Below are positions 18,598 to 28,430 of a stretch of DNA of 64,000 nt, in pieces. Source of the DNA: a virus (Duplodnaviria > Caudoviricetes); IMG/VR virus record IMGVR_UViG_3300043447_000395, positions 1-64,000 of that record. One strand, 5' to 3'. Each line of letters opens with the position of its first letter. Position 1 is the stretch's first letter. The position numbers and the translations under genes were made by a program. A model generated the notes under the pieces. That model was given only the letters and a program-made list of their open reading frames with translations. It did no database searches and was not told where the DNA came from.

Positions 18598-21314
18598 CTT
18601 GTAAAATATAACATTTGTAACTCATTATTTGAACCCATAAATAAAAGATATGAATTGAATCCTAAACTATTCATACGATTTATTAAACTCTCCCTTAATT
18701 CCTCATTGAAATTTAAATGTCCGTGGTGGTATTCCATTGCGATGCTTTTTACTTTCATCAAATTCTCGTTTGATATTCCAGCAAACGCATGGTGTTCAGC
18801 TCCTTCAATGTCTACTTTAAGAAAATCAATCCTATCGATTAAACCTGTTTCAAATAGATAATCCAATGTATATGTTCTAACAGGATATGTTACTCCGTCG
18901 CCAGAACCAAGTAAGGTTGACCCACCTAAGTGATCTGTTTGATATAATGTAAATTCACCTATAGTGTCAGCTATTGCGGCATTAAATAAAATTGAACGGG
19001 AATCCGCGTTTAACGATAGCAATTTAAAGTATCTTTTATCGGGTTCAAATGAGATTACTTTACTTGCACCTTGACTATATGCCCATCTATTAAAGATTCC
19101 CACATTACCACCTAAGTCAACAACAATATCACCTTCATTTATTGTTCTTTCTCTATCCTTATAATAATCCATCAAATTGAATATTTCATGATAGATTGCT
19201 CTGAACCAACCGAACTTGTCTGCAACTTCTATAGTTCCCCCTTCATATCCTTTGATGTCACCTAAATTTTCAACTTTATAAATGTCTGTATAGAAATATT
19301 CGGATTTATGAAATGATTTGTCTCGTTTCATTTTAATGAAGTCAATCATTTTATCAGATATTTCTGCATTCTTATTACCGTGAAAGTAGATGATTTTAGA
19401 TTTATCTTTTGGTATAAATTGATAACCAAATATTCTATTGAAATTTTGTGGACCCTCCTCGTTCCAAAACTTATAGAAGTGATGTAACATTTCATTAGTG
19501 TTACCTAAATCGCCATCGTAACCTGAGGTATCAAAGTTTGATAGTGGTAAGAACTTATTACATCCATGTTTCCACCTCATCGCATTATCAATACCCTCAT
19601 CATTCCAAAGATATAAACGCTTATAATCATTGGGATTGTCTCTAATTACTTTAGTGTAATGATCAAGGATTTCACTAAACCATCCTTTACAATTTGAGTT
19701 ATAAATGTAAAAACAAATATGTGCGTAAGGGTTTCTTTTATTTATTTTCCATTCATTCGCCAATTGCTCGTTGAATAATTGTGAATCCTTACCATTGTTG
19801 TACATTCCAAAAAATTCTGTTTGAACGTGAATATCAGGAATTGGATATGTTGTTAATTGTGAGAAATATTCTTTTACATTATCAATGTTATGGTTAACAA
19901 CAACGTCACCATCAATCCAAACAAAGTTTTCGAATCCTTCATTTAATGATTCTAAACACGCATGTTGTTTCCAATACCATTTATCGTGTTCTGATATTTT
20001 AGGTGGATTGATTGTTTTTCTAATCACATTCGGATAATCAAATGGAACTTCACAATCAATACCATAAACAATAATCTTATTATTTGAAAACTCAGATAAT
20101 GATTGAACGAGTTTCTCAATCACTGGCATGTATTGTAAATTACCCGTGGTTACAAATGCAAATGGTTTGTTATGTCTTTCTAATATCTCACTAGCACCTT
20201 TAGCGATTGTATCCCAATTAAAATCTTTATGAATTCTTTTAGCGTCCGCTTTTGAATCAATCCACATAGCGGTATTGTAGTCATAGGCTTGACGTAATTT
20301 AAATTTTAAATCGCCCCAATCAGGTTCACAATAGTCACCAGGAAAATCTTTATGTTCATGATTAGCAGGTGTTAATCCTTTTATTGATACTGGAATACCT
20401 TTATCTAAGGTAAATTGTAATTGTCCACCCCAATTAGAGTAAATTGATGGTGTTCCACAAGCCATCGCCTCAATCAATGGTAAGTTCCAACCTTCACTTC
20501 TTGCACATGACACAAAAACGTGAGCTTCTTGTAGATACTTAACATATTCTTTCCTTGATGGAAAATTAATGAATTTAATGTTCTTCGTATCAATACCATA
20601 ATGTTTAATTCTTTCCTCGGTAGTCCTCAAACCATCAGAAGGAAATGGGTTCTCCACCGACGCAATTAACTCAACATCTTCAACATCTTGGAATACTTCA
20701 CCAAATGCTTTTAATATTTCTGTCGTACCTTTTCTCCATTCCCATCTTCCGAACATCACAAATCTAGTTTTCTTTCTCTTTGGGAATTTATTTAGAGGTT
20801 TAAATGTTTCAACATCTACACCCTCAGGTACGATGAAAACTTTTTCTTTTGGATAACCTTGTTCAATTATACAATCATACTGCCATTGAGTTGGTACCCA
20901 CATTTCATCAAACGTAAGTAGTCTATTGAAGAACTCTTCACTGAATCTTGTTGATTCCCAAACACAATATGCAATTTTATATCCCTCGTAATTGTCATAA
21001 TAATAATTGTTATTATTTTCCATTAAGACAATGTGAACGTCGGGTTTAAAATTTGGGTCGTACCCATAAATTGGATAATCAGTTCTTGAATTATCACTAT
21101 TGACTAGAGTTTGTTGATATAACATCTCTTTCATTTCATCAGTGATATACGATTCTCCGTCGTGAGGGGTTTTACTGTACCCTGACCAACTACCGCCGAT
21201 GGTCATGTTTCTAACCTTTACTTGATGGTACTTATTAAGTGCGGTAAAGAAGGAACGAGCATGGTTTGCGTAACCAGTGTTACCTATGAATGGTGCGTGT
21301 GCTAGTATTTTCAT
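18594..21314 (-). CDS. multidomain GT4 + GT-A + FkbM methyltransferase fusion
   Basis: N-term GNTGYANHAR...RSEGWNLPLIEAMACG; middle WIDGD (DxD)...FHGNK; C-term VVDLGGNVG, FEP, FLKVDIEGAE, MEYH. Confidence 0.85.
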   Translation of the reverse strand: MKILAHAPFIGNTGYANHARSFFTALNKYHQVKVRNMTIGGSWSGYSKTPHDGESYITDEMKEMLYQQTLVNSDNSRTDYPIYGYDPNFKPDVHIVLMENNNNYYYDNYEGYKIAYCVWESTRFSEEFFNRLLTFDEMWVPTQWQYDCIIEQGYPKEKVFIVPEGVDVETFKPLNKFPKRKKTRFVMFGRWEWRKGTTEILKAFGEVFQDVEDVELIASVENPFPSDGLRTTEERIKHYGIDTKNIKFINFPSRKEYVKYLQEAHVFVSCARSEGWNLPLIEAMACGTPSIYSNWGGQLQFTLDKGIPVSIKGLTPANHEHKDFPGDYCEPDWGDLKFKLRQAYDYNTAMWIDSKADAKRIHKDFNWDTIAKGASEILERHNKPFAFVTTGNLQYMPVIEKLVQSLSEFSNNKIIVYGIDCEVPFDYPNVIRKTINPPKISEHDKWYWKQHACLESLNEGFENFVWIDGDVVVNHNIDNVKEYFSQLTTYPIPDIHVQTEFFGMYNNGKDSQLFNEQLANEWKINKRNPYAHICFYIYNSNCKGWFSEILDHYTKVIRDNPNDYKRLYLWNDEGIDNAMRWKHGCNKFLPLSNFDTSGYDGDLGNTNEMLHHFYKFWNEEGPQNFNRIFGYQFIPKDKSKIIYFHGNKNAEISDKMIDFIKMKRDKSFHKSEYFYTDIYKVENLGDIKGYEGGTIEVADKFGWFRAIYHEIFNLMDYYKDRERTINEGDIVVDLGGNVGIFNRWAYSQGASKVISFEPDKRYFKLLSLNADSRSILFNAAIADTIGEFTLYQTDHLGGSTLLGSGDGVTYPVRTYTLDYLFETGLIDRIDFLKVDIEGAEHHAFAGISNENLMKVKSIAMEYHHGHLNFNEELRESLINRMNSLGFNSYLLFMGSNNELQMLYFTR

Positions 21315-21321
21315 TAAACAT

Positions 21322-21350
21322 AATATAATAAAAATACCTTAAAAAATCAA
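21322..21350 (-). promoter_or_regulatory. sigma70-like promoter TTGATT-N17-TATATT
   Basis: read directly upstream of 21314. Confidence 0.55.
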
Positions 21351-21368
21351 CTTTGGGATTTGATTTAT

Positions 21369-22031
21369 TTATAATAATTTTTTACAGTCCATTAAAGAAT
21401 ATAGGTAATGTGCAAAATCTAAATGTCCTTGAAAGGAGAAGTGACCGTCATCTATTTTACGATTAGTGTGGTCTTTGATTTTGGTAAATGTGTTATATAT
21501 TTTACTGTCATCCTCTAATGACCATTTGTAAAAAAACCGTAATTTTTTATCTTTATTAAGTCTATCACCAATAAATTTAAACCTCTTTTTGTGTCTTTCT
21601 TTGTAAAATTTATGATTCGAAAAATGATATTGAAAATTAATCACTGCCTCAATTTTTTCTTTTTCTTGACTATCGTTACCATCTCCAACGATTTTCATCA
21701 CATTTTCATATGTTGATAATACATTACGGGTATTGTCGTCAAATGGAACTTCAATCCTACCATGTAATGTCATGTTTACAATTACAACATCCCCTTCGTT
21801 TATTTCATCATATTTTTCAATTATGGAATCAAAAATATAATCATTAGACGCTCCATTCCTACCAAAATTTTTAACCTCGTAATTTAATAATTTACCTAAA
21901 TGATTTGGCCAAATATCGTCACCTTCTTTTTTGTATGGTAGATATTCCTCTTTAGTGTCCGACACACATAATTCATTACATCCGTGTCCGAATGTCATTG
22001 AATCTCCAAATGTCCATAATATGTTTTTCAT
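21369..22031 (-). CDS. SGNH/GDSL-fold protein
   Basis: FGDSMTFG, GASND, DGHFSFQGH; ends KKLL. Confidence 0.8.
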   Translation of the reverse strand: MKNILWTFGDSMTFGHGCNELCVSDTKEEYLPYKKEGDDIWPNHLGKLLNYEVKNFGRNGASNDYIFDSIIEKYDEINEGDVVIVNMTLHGRIEVPFDDNTRNVLSTYENVMKIVGDGNDSQEKEKIEAVINFQYHFSNHKFYKERHKKRFKFIGDRLNKDKKLRFFYKWSLEDDSKIYNTFTKIKDHTNRKIDDGHFSFQGHLDFAHYLYSLMDCKKLL

Positions 22032-22588
22032 ATTAAACTTCTATCAAATTTTTTAAGTATATATCTGTTTTTAATATGAAGTATTTTATTAAATAAATCA
22101 ATATTAAATGTAATGTTTAAATAATTACACATATCGATAATTTCTTGTGATGGGTAATCTAAAAATATATCCTCATAATAGTAAACGCGTTTATTTAGTG
22201 TAATTTCATCAAATATTAAATTCCACTCATTAATTTTCGTCTCCGCAATGAAATTACTCTGTTCTTTACTATTCATCAATCTATGAAAATCGGAAAATGA
22301 TTTTTTAATATTTTCGATGTTTTTTCTTTTTATGTAAATAACTTTATCAAATTCTTGTACAATCCTAAACGAATGTTCAGTTAAAGTTTCACCATTTTTT
22401 AATATTATGGGATCATGTTCTTCATCGGTTAACACTGACTTTACAATACATTCATCTCCCCATTCAACATCAGTCACTCTTTTAAATGGTTCATATTTTA
22501 CAACATAATTTTTAGGTAAGGACTCGACCAAAAAATCAAATAGACTACTTGTTCCACATCTTGGTAAACCAAAAATTAAAATTTTCAT
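22028..22588 (-). CDS. sulfotransferase-like P-loop protein
   Basis: GLPRCGTSSL (PAPS 5'-PSB-like), EPF, YYEDI; ends RSLI. Confidence 0.7.
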   Translation of the reverse strand: MKILIFGLPRCGTSSLFDFLVESLPKNYVVKYEPFKRVTDVEWGDECIVKSVLTDEEHDPIILKNGETLTEHSFRIVQEFDKVIYIKRKNIENIKKSFSDFHRLMNSKEQSNFIAETKINEWNLIFDEITLNKRVYYYEDIFLDYPSQEIIDMCNYLNITFNIDLFNKILHIKNRYILKKFDRSLI

Positions 22589-23286
22589 TATATTAAATTT
22601 CTGTTTTTTATAAAATTACCAATTATGTTTTTTTCAGCAATATGACATACCCCGTTATAGTTTAAATTTTCAAATGACGGATTTTCTTCATACAGGTAAT
22701 TTATATTATCAAAATATAAATTTAAATATTGTTGATTTAATGTAATTGGTGGAACATCATTATATCTTTTAATAAAGAAATCGTAATTTAAATCAATAAT
22801 GTTCAATACTTCAGAATACGTTTTATTAATGGTCGTATAATCATTAGTTGCAATTATGCAGGTATTGTTTAACTCATTAAACTCTAATGGTGTGTTTGAG
22901 TATCGTTTATATATTTCGGTAAAATTATCTGTTTGAATTTTAGTTAATGGGTGTTTGTAACCAAGATTTAATCTATCCCCATTTATAATATTTTTTAACT
23001 TACTAAAATCGTTAACCACTAAATCATTATCTAAATGTATAAATGGAAAATCAATCTCCGATAAAACTTTCAATTTTGGATATGACCACAACGTATTTTG
23101 TTTGTATCTCTCATCTGTTTGAAATTCAACCCAATTGTATTTCAAACCAGTGTTCTTAAAATAATCGTCGTCGGAATATATGAACGGAATTATGCTTTGG
23201 TCATTTAATTTTTCAATTGAATAACTCAAATAGATTTCAGTAACTTCTTTTAGTCTGATTGGTAAATATGTAAAAACTACGTCCAT
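22588..23286 (-). CDS. GT-A-like protein (DUF6734-like)
   Basis: WSYPKLKVL, PFIHLDNDL (DxD), LNQQYL; ends RNLI. Confidence 0.55.
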   Translation of the reverse strand: MDVVFTYLPIRLKEVTEIYLSYSIEKLNDQSIIPFIYSDDDYFKNTGLKYNWVEFQTDERYKQNTLWSYPKLKVLSEIDFPFIHLDNDLVVNDFSKLKNIINGDRLNLGYKHPLTKIQTDNFTEIYKRYSNTPLEFNELNNTCIIATNDYTTINKTYSEVLNIIDLNYDFFIKRYNDVPPITLNQQYLNLYFDNINYLYEENPSFENLNYNGVCHIAEKNIIGNFIKNRNLI

Positions 23287-24536
23287 TAAATTAAAGATTT
23301 TTTAATAGTAAAATCAGTTTTTAGTTCCTTGTCAATTATTATATCCAATAATGAATTTTCATTTTCAATTTTATACATAATCTTACTGTGCACTAAATCT
23401 GACCACTCTTTACATAGTTTATAATTTTCGTCGAAGTTCACTAAAAATTTATCTACGAATTGTGCGAATAATTTACCGTTGGATCTACACTTTTTAGATT
23501 CCTCGTAAAACGGGTGAGATGGAACATCTAACATCTTCTCGACTATTAGTAATGGGTAGTTATGAGTTGATATGAATGGGATACCCGATAACAACAACCC
23601 AAATGTTTTTTCCGATAGATATTGTGACATAAATTCCGTTGCACCCCATGACCAACTTTCACATAATATTTGCATTTTGGCTTTTGGTAACACCCTAAAA
23701 AATACGTCCATGTACCCACTATGATTCGGTATGTAACTTATGTCATCAAAATCGGTATTACCATAGATTGAATTTGTTTTTATGTGTGATATTTTTTGTG
23801 AATGTTCTATATAATCTGGGTTTTTTAATGCATCACTATGTTGTAGAAATAGTTTATCATTATTTAATTTACTTAACTCATTTATAATATTGACTCTATT
23901 GATTTTATGATTTTTTATACTGTACATTAAATCGTAATCGAAATGTAATCTATCGTAAACTTGTTTAAATTCGTAATACCATCGTATACCCCAATTATGG
24001 TTCCATTGGAATATTGTGTTGGTTAACACGTAATAAAAATTTGGGTATAGTGATTTTATTGAGTCGTTTAAAAAAATATTGTCGGTGATAATATGGTGAT
24101 TCTTTAATTTATCAATCAAAGACTCAATCTCAATCCAATTATTGTCAATATAATTAACGTCACTTGTTTGCAATATCTTTTCAGTTCTCAAATATGTTAT
24201 TATCCATTTTTGATTTGTAGGGCAGTCCTTTAAAAGGTTAATGAAGATTTTAAAAACTTGTTGGACTTCTCTTTCCATATAATCTCGGTCAGGTAAAATG
24301 TGTCCTATTTTCGGGTCGGAGTCTCCATAAAAAAAAGATGTGAAATAATCCAATATGTGATATCCATCATCTTCAAAAGTAATTTCTTTTTTGAATACAA
24401 ATTCAATATCAACATTTCTATACTTACATATGATATTTCCTTCATCACTATCAATAAAATATTGTCTATCGATAGTATTGTGACCTATCGTATATAATAG
24501 ATGTTCTTGATATGGGTGATGAATATATATTTTCAC
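23286..24536 (-). CDS. uncharacterised protein with GT10-like SEKT module
   Basis: ILCES...YLSEKTF...GIPFI shared with the repeated domain of 38675-41365; ends KSLI. Confidence 0.55.
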   Translation of the reverse strand: MKIYIHHPYQEHLLYTIGHNTIDRQYFIDSDEGNIICKYRNVDIEFVFKKEITFEDDGYHILDYFTSFFYGDSDPKIGHILPDRDYMEREVQQVFKIFINLLKDCPTNQKWIITYLRTEKILQTSDVNYIDNNWIEIESLIDKLKNHHIITDNIFLNDSIKSLYPNFYYVLTNTIFQWNHNWGIRWYYEFKQVYDRLHFDYDLMYSIKNHKINRVNIINELSKLNNDKLFLQHSDALKNPDYIEHSQKISHIKTNSIYGNTDFDDISYIPNHSGYMDVFFRVLPKAKMQILCESWSWGATEFMSQYLSEKTFGLLLSGIPFISTHNYPLLIVEKMLDVPSHPFYEESKKCRSNGKLFAQFVDKFLVNFDENYKLCKEWSDLVHSKIMYKIENENSLLDIIIDKELKTDFTIKKSLI

Positions 24537-24564
24537 TAACGTATGTTTAGTGTTTATTGGTCTA

Positions 24565-25359
24565 TTATTTTCTATTTATAGAATTTTTAATTAAATAAGA
24601 TGGGAAATTTTTTACAATAAATTCGTGTAATTTTTGTGCATATTCTTGGTTATGTTTTGGACCAGGGTGATTCCCATCAACTCCCTTATCAATATATGTA
24701 CCATACCCACCATCAAATCTATTAAATTCTTCGTAGTCTTTTGTTACACAAAAATTTCCATTCCATAACCAATTACATTTTTTAGATTCTAAAAATAGTC
24801 TAATTAATTGATGATTTTTATACCAATTAATAAAATCTTCACTATCATTTTGTAATTCAGTTAATTTACTCTGTATTTTTTTACCATCTTCAGTTTCTTC
24901 CATGTATCCCCAAGATTGGGTCGGTATAAATGGTTCAATTCCCGCGTTTTCGGTATAAAATTCTCTTCTAATTGGTGATGTGTACATTATTAATACTAAA
25001 TCAGGATTTAATAAATCATAAAAAGTCATTAATGATCTACTAATGTAATCATTACTTCTTCCTGAAATACCTAAATTTAAATCAACACCGTCTCGTAATA
25101 ATTTTGAAAATTGAGATGACCATGTTTCATCATTGTTCACCCCAACTCCTTCAGTTAGTGAACATCCTATCGACATGACCTTAAATCCATTTTTAGATAT
25201 TTCGTCACCCCTAAACCCCAATGAATTATATGTATATTCACACAAACCGGTATTGTCACTTCCGCATGTTTTATGTGTTTTATTGGACCTTTCATTTAAT
25301 GGCCACTTGTAAGAAGATATTTCAAATCCGTCTGACGTCCAATATTTTAATGGTTTCAT
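24565..25359 (-). CDS. SGNH/GDSL-fold protein
   Basis: YNSLGFRG, IGCSLTEGVG, GRSND, DGNHPG. Confidence 0.8.
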   Translation of the reverse strand: MKPLKYWTSDGFEISSYKWPLNERSNKTHKTCGSDNTGLCEYTYNSLGFRGDEISKNGFKVMSIGCSLTEGVGVNNDETWSSQFSKLLRDGVDLNLGISGRSNDYISRSLMTFYDLLNPDLVLIMYTSPIRREFYTENAGIEPFIPTQSWGYMEETEDGKKIQSKLTELQNDSEDFINWYKNHQLIRLFLESKKCNWLWNGNFCVTKDYEEFNRFDGGYGTYIDKGVDGNHPGPKHNQEYAQKLHEFIVKNFPSYLIKNSINRK

Positions 25360-25423
25360 ATTAAATTATTTAGATTCATTTTTATTAAATAATATATTTT
25401 CTTTAATAACCATGTTAATTTAA

Positions 25424-26155
25424 TTAAACTAATGTTTTGTTTATTTTTCTTTCGTCAAATTTCATATAAAGATTATCATACTTCTTTTTAAAATTATCAT
25501 CAATTTGAATTACAGAATTAAAATGTTTACTTGAATTGATTTTTTCCATTTTAAAATCTTTATTTAGTTTTTTTGATACCCAATTTTCCAATTCTACTAA
25601 GTTGTCAATATCAAACCAAATAATGTTTGGGTCGTTATTTGTAAGTTCGATTATTGGAGTAAATAATATATCTAACATGTTAATAGTGTAGGACTCCTCA
25701 ATTGAAATGCCCAACTTAGTTAAAAATTTAATAATTACACTATATCTATTTTCCAAATTATAAATGTCGTTTGATACGATATCATCAAATATATCGTTAG
25801 TTGTTAATTTTGAAAAAATGTTTGCAATCTCAAATTTTTCAATTCTATGTAATTCATCTATAATATGTTTCCATAAAGATAAAAATCTACTATACTTGTC
25901 TCGTCTTATTGAGATGATATCATTACCGACACCGAATTTTTCTTGTAATTTATATAATGATTCGTGCGGGTGTACTAAAATATCGGCTAATTCTTCGTTA
26001 CTCAATTTTTCCCATTCACTTATGTTAATCAATTGATTATCTAAGTTTGAATTAATATGTTCTATTGGTATTTTGTTTTTAAGACATGTAATCATAAAAG
26101 ATGTGGATGCACATCTTGGTAAACTAATGAAAATAAATTTTTTATCTACTAACAT
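25424..26155 (-). CDS. sulfotransferase-like protein
   Basis: FIFISLPRCASTS, RDKYSRFLSLW (sulfotransfer_2-like), INSS; ends KTLV. Confidence 0.7.
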   Translation of the reverse strand: MLVDKKFIFISLPRCASTSFMITCLKNKIPIEHINSNLDNQLINISEWEKLSNEELADILVHPHESLYKLQEKFGVGNDIISIRRDKYSRFLSLWKHIIDELHRIEKFEIANIFSKLTTNDIFDDIVSNDIYNLENRYSVIIKFLTKLGISIEESYTINMLDILFTPIIELTNNDPNIIWFDIDNLVELENWVSKKLNKDFKMEKINSSKHFNSVIQIDDNFKKKYDNLYMKFDERKINKTLV

Positions 26156-26157
26156 TC

Positions 26158-26823
26158 TTAAATTAATGTAGGTTTGGAATATAACTTTTTATATAAAAGT
26201 TCGCTAAATGCTTTGTGACCATTAAAACTAAAATGATAATCTTTTATTTTACCATTTGTGTGTTGACCTATAGTTTCAACCTTACCGTATGAAAAATCTA
26301 AGACATCCCACATCAATATTTTATTGACTTTATCCTTTAATATGGTTTCAATGAATGTAAATCTTTTGTCTTGTCTTTCTTTAAATAAAGAATTACCCGA
26401 AAATAAAACTGCATAATTTAATATGGTTTCAATTTCTAATTTATCTTTATGATATTTGTTATTTTCTAAATCGATAGAAAGAAAATAAAGTTCTTCAGCG
26501 TATTGTGTGTGAAATCCATCACTATTTAATTTGGGCACATCAAATCTTTGATAAAAGGTTTTTTCAATTATTACAATATCATCTGATTCCATCATATTAA
26601 AATTATCGATAACAGAATCTAAAATGTAATCATTACTAGCACCGCTTTTCCCCAAATTTTTTACATTATATCCAATTTTTTTACCTAATATGTTGGGCCA
26701 TATATCACTATCAGATTCTTTATATTCATTGTAATATTTAAAATTGCCATCCCTAATTCCGAGAGTTTCTACACACCCGTCTCCAGCGGTAAACGAATCT
26801 CCGAATGTCCATATAGTTGCCAT
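26158..26823 (-). CDS. SGNH/GDSL-fold protein, paralog of 21369-22031
   Basis: IWTFGDSFTAG, GASND, DYHFSFNGH; ends PTLI. Confidence 0.8.
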   Translation of the reverse strand: MATIWTFGDSFTAGDGCVETLGIRDGNFKYYNEYKESDSDIWPNILGKKIGYNVKNLGKSGASNDYILDSVIDNFNMMESDDIVIIEKTFYQRFDVPKLNSDGFHTQYAEELYFLSIDLENNKYHKDKLEIETILNYAVLFSGNSLFKERQDKRFTFIETILKDKVNKILMWDVLDFSYGKVETIGQHTNGKIKDYHFSFNGHKAFSELLYKKLYSKPTLI

Positions 26824-26843
26824 GTTAAATTATTCAAATTATT

Positions 26844-27161
26844 TTAAATAAATGTTTTTTTAGTTTTGTGTGTAACCACCTCAGGATATTTGATAGAATG
26901 TTCTATTTCAACTTCTTTCCATTTATTGAGTGGACAAGATCCTTTTTTACTAAGATATGTCATTTTTGTATAAACTTTTGCATTTAATGGGCAACCACAC
27001 TCACCACATTTTAAAGACCATTCTCTACCTTCAAATACCTCTTTTTTAGATGGACATTCTAAACAAATACTAAATCGTTTATCGGCCAATTCCTTTTGTT
27101 CTGGTGTGTGTACGATGACATTATACCACGCATTTATTATTTCTTTAAAATTTATATTCAT
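26844..27161 (-). CDS. small Cys-rich metal-binding protein (DUF6171-like)
   Basis: RFSICLECP...CGECGCPLNAK...CPLNKW; ends KTFI. Confidence 0.65.
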   Translation of the reverse strand: MNINFKEIINAWYNVIVHTPEQKELADKRFSICLECPSKKEVFEGREWSLKCGECGCPLNAKVYTKMTYLSKKGSCPLNKWKEVEIEHSIKYPEVVTHKTKKTFI

Positions 27162-27742
27162 TATAATAATGTTTTTTTATAATCTTTAATTTGTTTTAAC
27201 TTAACCCAATTAACTAAGGTGTATCTAATTCCACTTTTTACAGGTACAACTCTATGTTCAATATTTGATAAGAATAATATTAAATTTCCAATACCTTTTT
27301 CAACTGTTTGTATTTCATTTTGTTCATCTTTGATTTGTAAATCCCCATCACCATATCCATCATTTAATTGTATCACCAATGAACAATATCTGTCATAGTC
27401 TGTTATTTTTTTTCCGTAAGAATCTCGATGCCAATCAAAATGTCCACCCGGATGATATTCAGTAAATTGGAATTGACTATTTTCAAAATCTAAATCGAAC
27501 CCTTTAACAAAAATGTATTGATTTAATAATTTACTCATTTTTTCCAATAAAAACGGGAATTTTTTATAATATGGATAAAATACTTGATTAGATTCTCTTA
27601 TTTTGGTATTAACATCACCATCCGTATAATCATTAATAATTTCGGATGGTTCTAATTTTAATTCTGTCAATGAAAAGTTTAATATGATATCACATTCTTC
27701 TTTTGTTAAAAATTCGGGAACAATTGTTTGTCTAAATGCCAT
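27161..27742 (-). CDS. 2OG-Fe(II) oxygenase (prolyl-4-hydroxylase-like)
   Basis: FLTKEEC, YHPGGHFDWHRD (HxD), EHRV, GIRYTLVNW; ends KTLL. Confidence 0.9.
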   Translation of the reverse strand: MAFRQTIVPEFLTKEECDIILNFSLTELKLEPSEIINDYTDGDVNTKIRESNQVFYPYYKKFPFLLEKMSKLLNQYIFVKGFDLDFENSQFQFTEYHPGGHFDWHRDSYGKKITDYDRYCSLVIQLNDGYGDGDLQIKDEQNEIQTVEKGIGNLILFLSNIEHRVVPVKSGIRYTLVNWVKLKQIKDYKKTLL

Positions 27743-27752
27743 AATTTATATT

Positions 27753-28286
27753 TTATAATAATGATTTTGTTTTTTTTGCTGTATAATTGGTAGGGGACCA
27801 GTGTAAAAATAATTGAATGACTCTTTCCTTATCCTGACATTGTAAGGGTTCTCTCCAATGTATAATTTTATCTGCGTCAAATAACAAAATACCGTCCCCA
27901 ACATTTGTGTTGAAACAGTACTCTTTATTTTCGATTTCCGCACATAACGGCCATTCTGAGTTTATTGTTGATTCTAAACATATAGACATTGTGACACTAA
28001 TATCTTTTCTATCTAAATGTTTTTTTAAAGTTGAAGTGTTTACGTATTCTCTAACAAACGCATTTACGTTGAGTAATTCATCAAAATTATTGTTATATTC
28101 CAATACTTTTGATTTTAATTTATCCAAATAAGTATTAAAAACAAATGAAGGTGCAAATCCATACGAAATATTCGTACCGGAATATTCGTTATCGGTTGAA
28201 TTTTTATATTTCCTCTCAATATCGAATTGTTCCGTTAAGTATTTACACTCATCCTTTGTAAGAATACTCGGTATGAAATGTATCAT
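27753..28286 (-). CDS. 2OG-Fe(II) oxygenase-like protein
   Basis: REY, LKKHLDR (HxD), SVTMSI, GDGILF, HWRE, QLFLHW; ends KSLL. Confidence 0.85.
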   Translation of the reverse strand: MIHFIPSILTKDECKYLTEQFDIERKYKNSTDNEYSGTNISYGFAPSFVFNTYLDKLKSKVLEYNNNFDELLNVNAFVREYVNTSTLKKHLDRKDISVTMSICLESTINSEWPLCAEIENKEYCFNTNVGDGILLFDADKIIHWREPLQCQDKERVIQLFLHWSPTNYTAKKTKSLL

Positions 28287-28309
28287 AAAATAACCTTTTA
28301 TAATTTACA

Positions 28310-28399
28310 CTAACTATTTGCCGTTACTATTAAACCACCTATTGTTGTGATTGTGGTGTTTAACGTATTGATTTCCGTATTTGATATTATTTTTGCCAT
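28310..28399 (-). CDS. 29-aa micro-ORF MAKIISNTEINTLNTTITTIGGLIVTANS, not in ORF track
   Basis: hand-translated; A-rich start context, fills the gap between the ATP-grasp-Hint gene and the oxygenase. Confidence 0.55.
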   Translation of the reverse strand: MAKIISNTEINTLNTTITTIGGLIVTANS

Positions 28400-28430
28400 T
28401 TATTCTATTTTATTTTATTTACTAAAGTTA

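Noticed and set aside
24565-25359. C-terminal tag on this SGNH protein
   Set aside because: Ends KNSINRK; the internal SYLI is not terminal, so it is counted as the exception in the operon
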